Positions 54,986-64,000 of a stretch of 64,000 bases of DNA are shown piece after piece. Each line of letters begins with the position of its first letter. Within the stretch, counting starts at the first letter, position 1. Where the stretch lies: contig CAYJCZ010000001.1 of the NCBI GenBank assembly GCA_964368835.1, positions 89,481 through 153,480 of the forward strand, given 5' to 3'. The notes below the pieces were generated by a model, which did not search any database, was not told the origin of the DNA, and was given only the letters and a program-made list of their open reading frames with translations. A program made the position numbers and the translations under genes. The stretch comes from an uncultured Candidatus Saccharibacteria bacterium (lineage in GTDB: Bacteria > Patescibacteriota > Minisyncoccia > Phycocordibacterales > UBA6065).

Positions 54986-56767
54986 ATGCAAAACTTACTA
55001 CACAAATTCTTTCAGGGTTTTAGGGGCAAAGAAGGGGGATACGCACTACTTACCGCACTCGTCTTCTTTCTCACGGCATCAGCTGCGGTAGTTGCTGGGA
55101 TTTCAGATGCAGTTTTTCGTGAGACAAAAATCATTCGTAATGAAACAGCATCTAAACAGAGTTACTTTCTTGCTGAGTCAGGTGCAGAGGATGTTGTGTA
55201 TCGAATACAAGAAAATTTAGGCTACGATAGCAGTGAGACTTACAGCATCGGAGAGTCGACGACTGTTGTTACTGTGGGGGCAGGAGCTACTGGTGATCAG
55301 GAAATAGTGAGTACGGGAGATGCTGGAGGAACACAGCGAACTGTAACAATCACTACTAATTCTGGAAACAATGCGAATTTTTCTTTTGCGTTGCAAGGTG
55401 GTCTAGGTGGTATCTATCTTGATGGGGGCGCAACAATCGAAGGTGATGTGTATACAACTGGTTCGGTGAGTGGGTGTGGTAGCTGTACCATAACGGGTAA
55501 TGTAATTGCGGCTGGTAAATCGAATTCAATTCTAGACCAAGATAATAGTTTGCCTTTGACTCCGACCGCTTCAATGTCATTCGGTTCATCAAAATCAACT
55601 CAAGATTTTGCTCAAAGTTTTCAAGTATCAACTGCGCTTTCTTTGGTTGATATAGAGTTTTATATTAAAAAAGTCGGTAGTCCTTCAAATGCTACGGTGC
55701 GTGTAACTACTGACAACAGTGGCAAGCCATCTAACACTATTTTGACCAGCGGAACTCTTTCTTCATCACTTCTCTCGACCTCATATGAATGGGAAAGAAT
55801 TTCGCTTACCGCTAATCCGGTTTTGACTCCAGCAACAACATATTGGGTTGTCATTGATTCCTATGTGGGCTCGGATTACTACGTGATTGCAGCAAATAAC
55901 ACGATAAACGGTTATTCGTATCCTTCAGGTTCTGCTCGATATGGTAATTATGGAAGTGGATCATGGATCTCATCACCACCACCTGGCCTTGATGGATATT
56001 TCAAGATCAATATTGGTGAAAACCAAGATGGTATAACCGGAGAAGATCAGTGGAACCAGTTGCCTGTATCAAGCGCATACTCATATGAAAGCTCTTATGT
56101 TAATGCAACAGGGGATTTGTATTGCCAGATAGGTACTGATAACAACAAACCTTGCGATACTTCACGTGCAGATCCTGTTGTCCAAGAGTTCCCAATGACG
56201 GATGAGTTGATTGATACGCTCAAAAATAAAATTGATGTAAGCGAGGGTAATGTATACGTAGGTGATTACGTAGCGACGAACGACGACTATATCTTCGGGA
56301 AAAAGATTGAAGGCAATCTCACTATAAGTAATGGTAGAAGGGTAAATATTGGCGGGATAGTATGGGTTACAGGTAATGTAACAATAGACGGCGGTGCAGA
56401 AATAACTAATTTGGGAGGAGATAGTAGTTCAATAATAATTGCAGATGGATCAATTAGTCTTACAAACGGAGCAGAGGTAATGCCAAATGAATATGGTGAC
56501 GGTCAAATCATTTTCCTCTCCACAATGGGAGTGGGTTCAACTCCCGCAGTCACTGTTAGTGGCGGTGCAGAAGATACGGTGGTGTTTGCTCCAAACGGAG
56601 AAATCTCAATTTCAGGTGGTGCTCGAGTCACCGCAGCAGCAGCGTACACACTTTACGCTGACGGGGGAGCGACGATTATGTATGATTCAAGCGTTTCAAA
56701 TATGGTCATTTCTAATGATGAAGGAGTATCGGAATCGAGCATAAAATCTTGGAAGGAGACAGAGTAG
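54986..56767 (+). CDS. large pilus-associated protein (593 aa) with pilin-like N-terminal helix (PilX/PilY-like role possible)
   Basis: KEGG-YALLTALVFFLTASAAVVAGI hydrophobic N-terminus but Thr instead of Glu at +5. Large Gly/Thr/Ser-rich beta domain. Confidence 0.5.
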   Translation: MQNLLHKFFQGFRGKEGGYALLTALVFFLTASAAVVAGISDAVFRETKIIRNETASKQSYFLAESGAEDVVYRIQENLGYDSSETYSIGESTTVVTVGAGATGDQEIVSTGDAGGTQRTVTITTNSGNNANFSFALQGGLGGIYLDGGATIEGDVYTTGSVSGCGSCTITGNVIAAGKSNSILDQDNSLPLTPTASMSFGSSKSTQDFAQSFQVSTALSLVDIEFYIKKVGSPSNATVRVTTDNSGKPSNTILTSGTLSSSLLSTSYEWERISLTANPVLTPATTYWVVIDSYVGSDYYVIAANNTINGYSYPSGSARYGNYGSGSWISSPPPGLDGYFKINIGENQDGITGEDQWNQLPVSSAYSYESSYVNATGDLYCQIGTDNNKPCDTSRADPVVQEFPMTDELIDTLKNKIDVSEGNVYVGDYVATNDDYIFGKKIEGNLTISNGRRVNIGGIVWVTGNVTIDGGAEITNLGGDSSSIIIADGSISLTNGAEVMPNEYGDGQIIFLSTMGVGSTPAVTVSGGAEDTVVFAPNGEISISGGARVTAAAAYTLYADGGATIMYDSSVSNMVISNDEGVSESSIKSWKETE

Positions 56768-56792
56768 AGGTGAATGCTCTTGATAATATGAA

Positions 56793-58640
56793 ATGAAAGA
56801 ACGAATTCGAACAATACGGAAGAATTCACAAACAGGGATGCTTTTTTCCTGGCGTGCAGATGAGAGGGGAATAACTCTCGTCGAAACACTCATTGGTGCT
56901 TTTGTTTTTCTCTTGATTGCTACCGCGGTCTATCAAAGTTACGGTCTCATATTCAAGTTGATTGGGATGACCCGCCTTAAGACTGCTGCTTTTGAGCTTG
57001 CTCAGGAACGTGTCGAGACAGTACGCAGTATGCCGTATGCCGATATTGGTATCATAAGCGGTGTACCTGTTGGAACAATTCCGAGAGTTCAAGATTACAC
57101 TCGATCTGGCTATACATTCCGTGCTACTACTACGGTGCGAAATGTGGATGATCCGTTTGATGGGTTGATTGGAGGCCTGCCCAATGATCTTTCTCCTGCT
57201 GATCATAAAGTTGTTGAGCTTTTGATCGGTTGTGTATCTGCATGTGTAGGTTTTACACCTATCGAAGTAACTACAACTGTCGCCCCTCGAAGTCTTGAGA
57301 CTACAACAGGGAACGGGGCATTGTTTGTTGAAGTGATTGATGCAAATGGTCAGCCCGTGCCTTCTGCAAACGTAAACATCCAAGGCCAAGGCACTTCAAC
57401 GGTCTCAATAACAGAGCTTACGAATACGTCTGGAGTCTTTCAGCTTGTTGATGTTACGCCTGGAAGTTTTCTTTATAAGGTGACGGCGAGTAAGAATCTT
57501 CATTCTACGGAGACGACATACACTCCCGGCGCGCTTGCAAACCCAAATCCAACATTTCCACATGCCACCGTTGCAGCAGGTGTTGTGACGAGACTTACTC
57601 TTGCAATAGATCAAATAAGTACAATTACCGTAAAGTCTGTAAACGAAACATGTGCGCCAATCCCTTTCATTCCTTTCACTATTACGGGGCAGAAGAAAAT
57701 TGGTACAGCGCCTGATGTCTATAAATACACAAGGAGTGACACGACTGATGTAAACGGGCAGTATGTCTTATCGAATGTAGAATGGGATACATATGATTTT
57801 GCACTCGATGGAGGTAATACCGTTTCAGGAACGATACCTTTTGTACCATTCCCACTTTCGCCGAATGTTTCTCAAGAATTGCTAGTTGTACCAAAACCAT
57901 TGGTGCCAGATACACTCTTGGTAAAGGTGAGAGACAAAGCGACAAAATTACCAATCGCAAATGCGAGCGTTACGCTTTCGAGACCTGGTTATACGAGCAC
58001 ACTTCAAACTAATCGAGGGTTTTTCTTGCAAAGCGACTGGTCCGGAGGAACAGGGGAGGTATATTTCTCTGCCGGAAATATGTTCGATTCAACTGACTCT
58101 GGAATCGAGTATCTCGGCACGCCGGGTGAAATATCGTTGAAAAATGTATTTGGTACATATGTTGCGCTCGGTACTCTTACGTCTTCTTGGTTTGATGTTG
58201 GTACTGCATCTACGACTCTGTATGGTCTTGATTGGCTTCCAGTCTCTCAAAATCCTCTAGCAGGCGCTGATAGCGTGAAGTTTCAATTAGAGACGAGGGA
58301 TGATATTGGCGTTCCTCTTGGTGGTTTTATAGGACCTGATGGCACTTCAGGAACTTACTACACGACACCTGGAACAGCTATATCAGGTGATCACACTAAT
58401 AAGAGGTATGTGAGGTATAAGGTGTATCTATCTACTGCAGATTCTTCGGTCACGCCACTTATTTCTGATCTTTCTCTTACGTTTGGAACAAATTGTACTC
58501 CGTTTGGACAAGTATTTTATTCTGGACTATTGGGAGGCGCATATACGATTGATGCGACCGCTCCGGGGTATACAAATTATACAGGCAACGTTACGGTGAA
58601 TTTTGGGGCTAACAGTGTTGATGTCGAACTAGAACCATAG
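56793..58640 (+). CDS. very large minor pilin (615 aa) with Ig-like/carboxypeptidase-regulatory-like beta domains
   Basis: Prepilin motif ERG-ITLVETLIGAFVFLLIA. Repeated beta-sandwich-like segments (GNGALFVEVIDANGQPVPSANVNIQGQG). Confidence 0.6.
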   Translation: MKERIRTIRKNSQTGMLFSWRADERGITLVETLIGAFVFLLIATAVYQSYGLIFKLIGMTRLKTAAFELAQERVETVRSMPYADIGIISGVPVGTIPRVQDYTRSGYTFRATTTVRNVDDPFDGLIGGLPNDLSPADHKVVELLIGCVSACVGFTPIEVTTTVAPRSLETTTGNGALFVEVIDANGQPVPSANVNIQGQGTSTVSITELTNTSGVFQLVDVTPGSFLYKVTASKNLHSTETTYTPGALANPNPTFPHATVAAGVVTRLTLAIDQISTITVKSVNETCAPIPFIPFTITGQKKIGTAPDVYKYTRSDTTDVNGQYVLSNVEWDTYDFALDGGNTVSGTIPFVPFPLSPNVSQELLVVPKPLVPDTLLVKVRDKATKLPIANASVTLSRPGYTSTLQTNRGFFLQSDWSGGTGEVYFSAGNMFDSTDSGIEYLGTPGEISLKNVFGTYVALGTLTSSWFDVGTASTTLYGLDWLPVSQNPLAGADSVKFQLETRDDIGVPLGGFIGPDGTSGTYYTTPGTAISGDHTNKRYVRYKVYLSTADSSVTPLISDLSLTFGTNCTPFGQVFYSGLLGGAYTIDATAPGYTNYTGNVTVNFGANSVDVELEP

Positions 58641-58642
58641 AT

Positions 58643-59248
58643 ATGAATTTTACTAAAAAAAATCTTCGGGGCTTTACGTTAGCAGAAACACTTGTTGCTG
58701 TTGCAATTGTGTCTATCATTGCTATTTCCCTGGGTGTTTTCCAGGGTGACATATTCAAGAAAGAGAGAATAGCCCGCACGCGCATTCTTGCGACAGAACA
58801 AGAACGCATTGCCCTCCGAAGGTTTATAGAAGAAGCGCGTAACATTTCAACATCATCCACCGGAGCATATCCTATATTGGTAGCGGATAGTTTTGCTTTT
58901 ACTTTTTATGCTGATACAGATAATGATAATTTGAAAGAACGATTTCGATATTACATACAAAATGGGAGCTTGAAAAAGGCTGTTATGAAGCCTGTTGGAT
59001 CACCTGCGACATATACCGGGGCAGAAAAAGTAACTACGGTAGTTTCATCTATTGCTACCTCAAGCATGCAGGTGTTTACGTTCTATGACACAAACGGTTT
59101 GACGCTATCGAATCCTGCAAATGTTTCTTCGATTCGTAGCGTCCAGATGAAAGTTGCATCAGTTGTGTATGGTTCAAACGGTGTTGCGACTACGAGTGTC
59201 TCTCAGGAAACCCGCGCGACTTTGAGAAATCTAAAAGATAATTATTAA
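58643..59248 (+). CDS. type IV pilin-like protein
   Basis: Prepilin motif LRG-FTLAETLVAVAIVSI. Confidence 0.7.
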   Translation: MNFTKKNLRGFTLAETLVAVAIVSIIAISLGVFQGDIFKKERIARTRILATEQERIALRRFIEEARNISTSSTGAYPILVADSFAFTFYADTDNDNLKERFRYYIQNGSLKKAVMKPVGSPATYTGAEKVTTVVSSIATSSMQVFTFYDTNGLTLSNPANVSSIRSVQMKVASVVYGSNGVATTSVSQETRATLRNLKDNY

Positions 59249-59249
59249 T

Positions 59250-60662
59250 ATGAACATCTCACGCAACAAAGGAATAATGCTCATTCAGGTTCTCATCTTT
59301 GGTGCAGTTGCTGCGCTTATTATCGGAGCAATTGTTTCATGGGCAGGTAATAGCCTTCGAGATGCTCGCTATACTGCAGAAAGGGAACAAGCCTTCTATA
59401 TTGCTGAGGCGGGAATTGAATACTATCGATGGCATTTGGCTCATGCTCAGCTTGATTTTCAAGATGGTACCGGCGCACCAGGACCATACGTTCATAATTA
59501 TTACGATACGTCTGGTAATTTGTTGGGTACATTTAGTTTAAATATAACGGCACCTTTGGCAGGTTCTACGATCGTTACTATTCGATCCACTGGAAGTGTT
59601 GTGTCTAATCCCGCACTTTCTCGAGTGATTGAAGCTCGCCTCGCTATCCCTTCGCTTGCAAAGTACGCCTTCGTTGCCAATACGGATATGAGATTTGGTG
59701 CAGGTACTGAAGTTTTTGGCGCGCTTCACTCTAATAGTGGTGTTAGGTTTGATGGATTGGCACATAATATTGTTACATCTGCCGTTGCAACATACGATGA
59801 TCCTGACCACAGTGGGGCAAACGAGTTCGGCGTCCATACTCACACGCCTGTAGATCCACTGCCTCCAGCCGCGGTTCCGAATGTACCCGCAGTATTTGAG
59901 GCTGGTAGGCAGTTTCCTGTGCCTGCTGTGAACTTTAACGGATTTACGGCTGATTTAGCGATCATGAAGACTGATGCGCAATTGGGCGGTCGCTATCTAG
60001 CACCATCTGGTGATGATGGATATCAGGTTATATTGCGCACGAACGATACAATGGATGTCTATCGTGTTAATAGCCTTAGGAATCCTCCTGGAGGATGTTC
60101 GAACACGGCAGGTCAAACTGACTGGGGAACATGGAGTGTAAACAATCGAACATTCATAGCCAATTATCCAATTCCAGCAAACGGTATTCTGTTTGTTGAA
60201 GATGATGTGTGGGTCGAGGGACAGATAAATACTGCTCGTATTACTATCGCGGCGGCAAAATTCCCTGAATCAGCAATCGATCTCAAGCATATAACGGTTA
60301 ATAACGATTTGAGATACACAAACTACGACAGTACGGATGTTATCTCTCTTGTGGCGCAGGGCAATGTTAACGTGGGTCTTTATAGTGAAGACAATCTACA
60401 GATTGATGCGGCACTCCTAGCAAAGTCGGGTAGGGTGGGCAGGCATTACTATGCAAGTAACTGCAGTGCTAACTATATTCGCACTACACTTACACTCTTT
60501 GGGATGATAGCTACAAACCAGCGATACGGTTTTGCATATACAGATAATACAGGCTATACAAATCGTACCATCACCTATGATGCAAACCTCTTGTACTCAC
60601 CACCACCATCGTTCCCACTCTCATCAGACCAGTACACAACCATTTCGTGGAGAGAGCTCTAG
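59250..60662 (+). CDS. large pilin-like protein (470 aa) with hydrophobic N-terminal helix
   Basis: NKG-IMLIQVLIFGAVAAL (Gln at +5), then a large beta-rich domain. Last gene of the pilin run. Confidence 0.5.
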   Translation: MNISRNKGIMLIQVLIFGAVAALIIGAIVSWAGNSLRDARYTAEREQAFYIAEAGIEYYRWHLAHAQLDFQDGTGAPGPYVHNYYDTSGNLLGTFSLNITAPLAGSTIVTIRSTGSVVSNPALSRVIEARLAIPSLAKYAFVANTDMRFGAGTEVFGALHSNSGVRFDGLAHNIVTSAVATYDDPDHSGANEFGVHTHTPVDPLPPAAVPNVPAVFEAGRQFPVPAVNFNGFTADLAIMKTDAQLGGRYLAPSGDDGYQVILRTNDTMDVYRVNSLRNPPGGCSNTAGQTDWGTWSVNNRTFIANYPIPANGILFVEDDVWVEGQINTARITIAAAKFPESAIDLKHITVNNDLRYTNYDSTDVISLVAQGNVNVGLYSEDNLQIDAALLAKSGRVGRHYYASNCSANYIRTTLTLFGMIATNQRYGFAYTDNTGYTNRTITYDANLLYSPPPSFPLSSDQYTTISWREL

Positions 60663-60688
60663 GCCTGTGGGGATGATATAATCCCTCT

Positions 60689-61471
60689 ATGGCAAAGATA
60701 CACACAACAGCAAAGAAACATTTCATATTAGTGGGTAATTGGAAGATGAATCCGGATACTCTGGAAGATGCAAAAAAACTTTTTAGTGCGCTATCACGCA
60801 AAGCACAGAAAACAACAAAGGTTTCTGTCGTCATTGCGCCTCCGTATCCATTTATAGGTCCACTGTCGGGCAAATCAGACGTGATTTCTATTGCAGCACA
60901 AGATGTATCAAATGAACCTCGAGGCGCGTTCACGGGCGGCGTAAGCGCTCGACAGGCAAAGGCAGCGGGAGCAAGCTCAACTATTATTGGCCACAGTGAA
61001 AGGCGAAAGGCAGGGGACACAGATGAAGTTATCGCTCAAAAGACTTTTGAGGCGCTTGATGCAGGACTTCGCGTAATACTTTGTGTTGGTGAGAAGGAGC
61101 GTGATCAGCATGCTCACTACTTGCGAGCAATTCGAGATCAGATTCTTATTGTCTTTTCAAAAATCGATAAAAAGAAAGCGTCATGGATTACGATTGCGTA
61201 TGAGCCAGTGTGGGCGATAGGAAAGAGCTACGATACCGCACCTAAACCATCAGATATTCATGAAATGTCTATCTATATAAAGAAAGTTATTTCAGAGGTA
61301 TTGGGCCAGAAACCGGGGTTGAAGTTCCAGGTGCTCTATGGCGGATCAGTAAATTTTGAGAATGCTCAGGCGATCTTAAGTGATGGCGCAGTAGACGGAC
61401 TTTTGGTGGGCAGACAGTCTCTTGATCCTGATGCGTTTGGGAACATGATTGAATATGCAAACAACCTTTAA
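60689..61471 (+). CDS. tpiA: triosephosphate isomerase
   Basis: VGNWKMN, GHSERR, and the C-terminal YGGSV TIM motifs. Confidence 0.9.
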   Translation: MAKIHTTAKKHFILVGNWKMNPDTLEDAKKLFSALSRKAQKTTKVSVVIAPPYPFIGPLSGKSDVISIAAQDVSNEPRGAFTGGVSARQAKAAGASSTIIGHSERRKAGDTDEVIAQKTFEALDAGLRVILCVGEKERDQHAHYLRAIRDQILIVFSKIDKKKASWITIAYEPVWAIGKSYDTAPKPSDIHEMSIYIKKVISEVLGQKPGLKFQVLYGGSVNFENAQAILSDGAVDGLLVGRQSLDPDAFGNMIEYANNL

Positions 61472-62582
61472 AAAAATTTCAGACGTCAAAGATCTAAAAG
61501 GAAAAAGAATCCTGCTTCGGGTGGACTTCAATGTGCCTATTGTCGGGGAAGAGGTACGCGATGATTTTAGGATTCAGAGAACTCTGCCAACAATTCAGAT
61601 GTTAAGTGATGCGGGTGCAAAAGTAATTGTCATAGCTCATCTAGAGAGTGATCTCACGGATTCATTGGGCCGAGTGGCAACATATATTTCAAAATCAATT
61701 CCACTGAAAGCATTCGTCACAGATATAAAGGCAGCGCCAACTGTGGTTGATTCTATGCAGAATGGAGAGGTAATTATGCTTGAGAATTTGCGCAAAAATG
61801 CTGGTGAAAAGACAAACGATCTAGCTTTTGCAAAAGAACTTGCAGAGCTTGCTGATATATATGTAAACGATGCTTTTTCGGTTTCTCATAGGTCGCATGC
61901 TTCAATCGTGTCGATTCCAAAGTTTCTTCCTTCATACGCCGGCCCACTTTTGGCCAAGGAAGTAGAGGAGCTTTCAAAATCATTTAATCCGTCTCGACCG
62001 TTTCTATTTGTACTCGGGGGTGCAAAATTCGATACAAAGCTTCCTTTGATTGAAAAATTTCTAGCAATTGCTGACTATGTTTTTGTCGGAGGTGCTCTCT
62101 CAAACGATATCTTTAAGGAAAAAGGTTATGAAATGGGGCGCTCGCTTGTGGCAAAGCAGAGAATCAACCTCCGTCACATTGAACGTAATCCAAAACTTAT
62201 TGTGCCGACAGACGTTGTTGTTGCAAGTGGGGTGACTAAGGATGTAAGGACTCCGGAAAGCCTTGGTATTGATGAAAGCATACTCGATGCAGGTCCTCAG
62301 ACCATCAGCAGTATGTCTGATCTTTTAAGTGAAGTATCTTTTGTGCTTTGGAATGGACCGCTTGGAGATTACGAACATGGATATTCGGAAGGTACGGAAG
62401 GATTGGCAAAAGCGATTGTCGCAAGCAATGCTAAATCAATCATTGGAGGAGGGGACACCATTGCTGTTATTGCCAAAGCAGGACTTCTCGATAAATTTTC
62501 CTTCATCTCAACGGGCGGTGGCGCTATGCTTGAGTTCCTAGCAAAAGGCACTCTACCGGGTATTGAGGCTCTCGCTAATTAG
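61449..62582 (+). CDS. pgk: phosphoglycerate kinase
   Basis: RVDFNVP N-terminal motif, hinge, and C-terminal GGGDT nucleotide-binding motifs. Overlaps the tpiA end by 23 nt. Confidence 0.9.
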   Translation: MNMQTTFKKISDVKDLKGKRILLRVDFNVPIVGEEVRDDFRIQRTLPTIQMLSDAGAKVIVIAHLESDLTDSLGRVATYISKSIPLKAFVTDIKAAPTVVDSMQNGEVIMLENLRKNAGEKTNDLAFAKELAELADIYVNDAFSVSHRSHASIVSIPKFLPSYAGPLLAKEVEELSKSFNPSRPFLFVLGGAKFDTKLPLIEKFLAIADYVFVGGALSNDIFKEKGYEMGRSLVAKQRINLRHIERNPKLIVPTDVVVASGVTKDVRTPESLGIDESILDAGPQTISSMSDLLSEVSFVLWNGPLGDYEHGYSEGTEGLAKAIVASNAKSIIGGGDTIAVIAKAGLLDKFSFISTGGGAMLEFLAKGTLPGIEALAN

Positions 62583-62964
62583 TCTCGAGGCACTTCTTAA
62601 TTTTTTCTGCATTTCCTGCGAAGTCTTTTTTGTCAGCAGAAACGTTTCTATCAGGAAAGACCCATATGTGGGCGTGGTGAACTTCTTCTCCTACAATTTT
62701 TGAAAGTACAAAGTCAGTATTAAATGCTTTCTTTTGAGCGAGCGCGATTTTTTGAGCGATTTCAAAGTATGCGCCCGCATTCGGAACATCCCACACCCAG
62801 CGGTAATGGGTCTTTGGAATGATGAGGGTGTGGCCAGCAGATTCTGGGTTGATGCTCAAGAACGCCAAAAACTCTTTATCCTCATATACCTTGGTTGAAG
62901 GGATTTCACCTTTAACAATCTTACAAAACACGCAATTGGTTTCCATAAAATAAAAATACCACAC
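62575..62964 (-). CDS. HIT (histidine triad) family hydrolase
   Basis: CVFCKIVKGEIPS...GHTLIIPKTH and the C-terminal HxHxH-like HHAHIWV. Confidence 0.8.
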   Translation of the reverse strand: MWYFYFMETNCVFCKIVKGEIPSTKVYEDKEFLAFLSINPESAGHTLIIPKTHYRWVWDVPNAGAYFEIAQKIALAQKKAFNTDFVLSKIVGEEVHHAHIWVFPDRNVSADKKDFAGNAEKIKKCLETN

Positions 62965-62993
62965 TTTTGAGGGTGTGGCATTGAGCCTTTCGC

Positions 62994-63476
62994 TTAAGGC
63001 TCGCCGAGCGTATCGACGATGTGCGTAATAAGGTTATCGCATTCTTGTGCAGCATGTAAGGTTCTCAGGAATGCATCATCATCGAAATAATCGATGAGGG
63101 TGACAGCACCTGCTGGGTCAATATGACAGACCTGGATCATGAGCGTGTCCGAGTTCGAAGCAACAAGCGCCAGTTTTGGTCCTGCGAGGACCGGCTCGGC
63201 TTGATTGATCAATGGGATGATCATCATGTTGTTGCCGCGTATTTCCGTCTGCTCGTGAAGTTTTCTGAGGAGGTAATCCCTGAAGTCGGGCTCGCTCAGA
63301 AGCTCAACAAAAGCGCTGTTTATATTTACCAAGTGCTGAGAGGTCTGCTCCTCAAGTTCAACCTTCCATTGGGCGGGATTTTCATTCTTGCGATTTTCCC
63401 ATTCTTCCTTTGTTTGGCGCATTTTGCGCAGGTTTTGGAGGTAGCTATCGAGGTGACTTTGATGTTGTGCAACCAT
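62994..63476 (-). CDS. hypothetical protein
   Basis: 160-aa ORF. No recognisable family. Confidence 0.4.
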   Translation of the reverse strand: MVAQHQSHLDSYLQNLRKMRQTKEEWENRKNENPAQWKVELEEQTSQHLVNINSAFVELLSEPDFRDYLLRKLHEQTEIRGNNMMIIPLINQAEPVLAGPKLALVASNSDTLMIQVCHIDPAGAVTLIDYFDDDAFLRTLHAAQECDNLITHIVDTLGEP

Positions 63477-63564
63477 GTGTTTTAGGGGATTCTGTCGTTA
63501 TTTATCCATATAAAACAGATTATGTCAAACATAACAAGCGTACCCTCCGTGTTAAAATGCCTCT

Positions 63565-64000
63565 ATGAAATATTTTCTCCGAGAGGCTGTTGTAGAAAAA
63601 CCGCCAGAATTTTCTGTGTTCTCTGATACTGTTTCGCATCTTTTGCTGTCTCGAGGAGTAGCAACACTCAAGGATGCTCAGATTTTTCTCGATCCTGACT
63701 ATGATTTACATACACATGATCCATTTTTAATGCGACATATGGATCGTGCTGTTGAAAGGGTATACAGGGCGATAAAAAATAATGAAAAAATAGTCGCCTT
63801 TAGTGATTATGATGCAGATGGTATTCCAGGAGCTGTAGTTTTTTCAGATGCGCTCGAGAAGATTGGTTACAAAAATTTTGAAATATATATTCCGCATCGT
63901 CACGATGAAGGGTTTGGACTTAATATGGAGGCGATCAAAGGTTTTATTGAAAGCGGGACCAAGGTCATGCTCACAATTGATTGCGGAATTGCCGATATTG
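63565..64000 (+). CDS. recJ: single-stranded-DNA-specific exonuclease RecJ (DHH family), 3-prime truncated by window end
   Basis: DPDYDLHTHDPFLM...VAFSDYDADGIPGAVVF...HRHDEGFGLN...TIDCG DHH motifs I-III. Confidence 0.8.
   Translation, partial: MKYFLREAVVEKPPEFSVFSDTVSHLLLSRGVATLKDAQIFLDPDYDLHTHDPFLMRHMDRAVERVYRAIKNNEKIVAFSDYDADGIPGAVVFSDALEKIGYKNFEIYIPHRHDEGFGLNMEAIKGFIESGTKVMLTIDCGIADI

Noticed and set aside
56826-57389. 187-aa minus-strand ORF and other short antisense ORFs inside the large pilin genes
   Set aside because: Antisense to ORFs with clear prepilin leaders. No independent signals.

Overview
This 64 kb window looks like a compact, AT-rich bacterial chromosome segment with mostly housekeeping genes. 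These include LysM-M23 peptidase, comM, rpsO, a Xer-type recombinase, xth, cca, hup, rny, clpP, rsmE, tig, ppa, nusA, folD, rplS, tpiA, pgk and a partial recJ. Eight tRNAs sit in two clusters. A type IV pilus locus (pilB, then pilM/N/O on the minus strand, then pilC and a run of pilin-like genes including three very large ones) is present. Several accessory blocks stand out. Gene content and style (short intergenic regions, apparently leaderless starts, small membrane or secreted proteins, Lys-rich tails on housekeeping proteins, abundant pilins) resemble small-genome Patescibacteria/CPR-like bacteria. This is only an impression from the sequence; no search was run. Three regions are worth a second look. 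(1) A plus-strand operon at 21.3-27.7 kb encodes secreted proteins: a novel Trp-rich GYAWSDNIGWI repeat protein, a 195-aa protein with a phage-tail-fibre-type C-terminal intramolecular chaperone (S74-like) domain, and a cysteine-rich protein with two thrombospondin type-1-like repeats and a perfect 102-nt tandem duplication. Next to it is a GT-C glycosyltransferase, with GT2 and LAB_N genes a few kb away. (2) A minus-strand accessory island at 42.4-47.2 kb holds diverged paralogous genes that carry near-identical promoter and 5-prime modules, a recurring 26-nt motif about 100 nt upstream of consecutive genes, a compositionally foreign GC-rich ORF, and a GC-rich structured element of about 190 nt. 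(3) A GC-rich non-coding block of about 390 nt at 7.44-7.83 kb and a second one at 10.23-10.55 kb are candidate structured RNAs of unassigned identity. No CRISPR array, reverse transcriptase or complete mobile element was seen.
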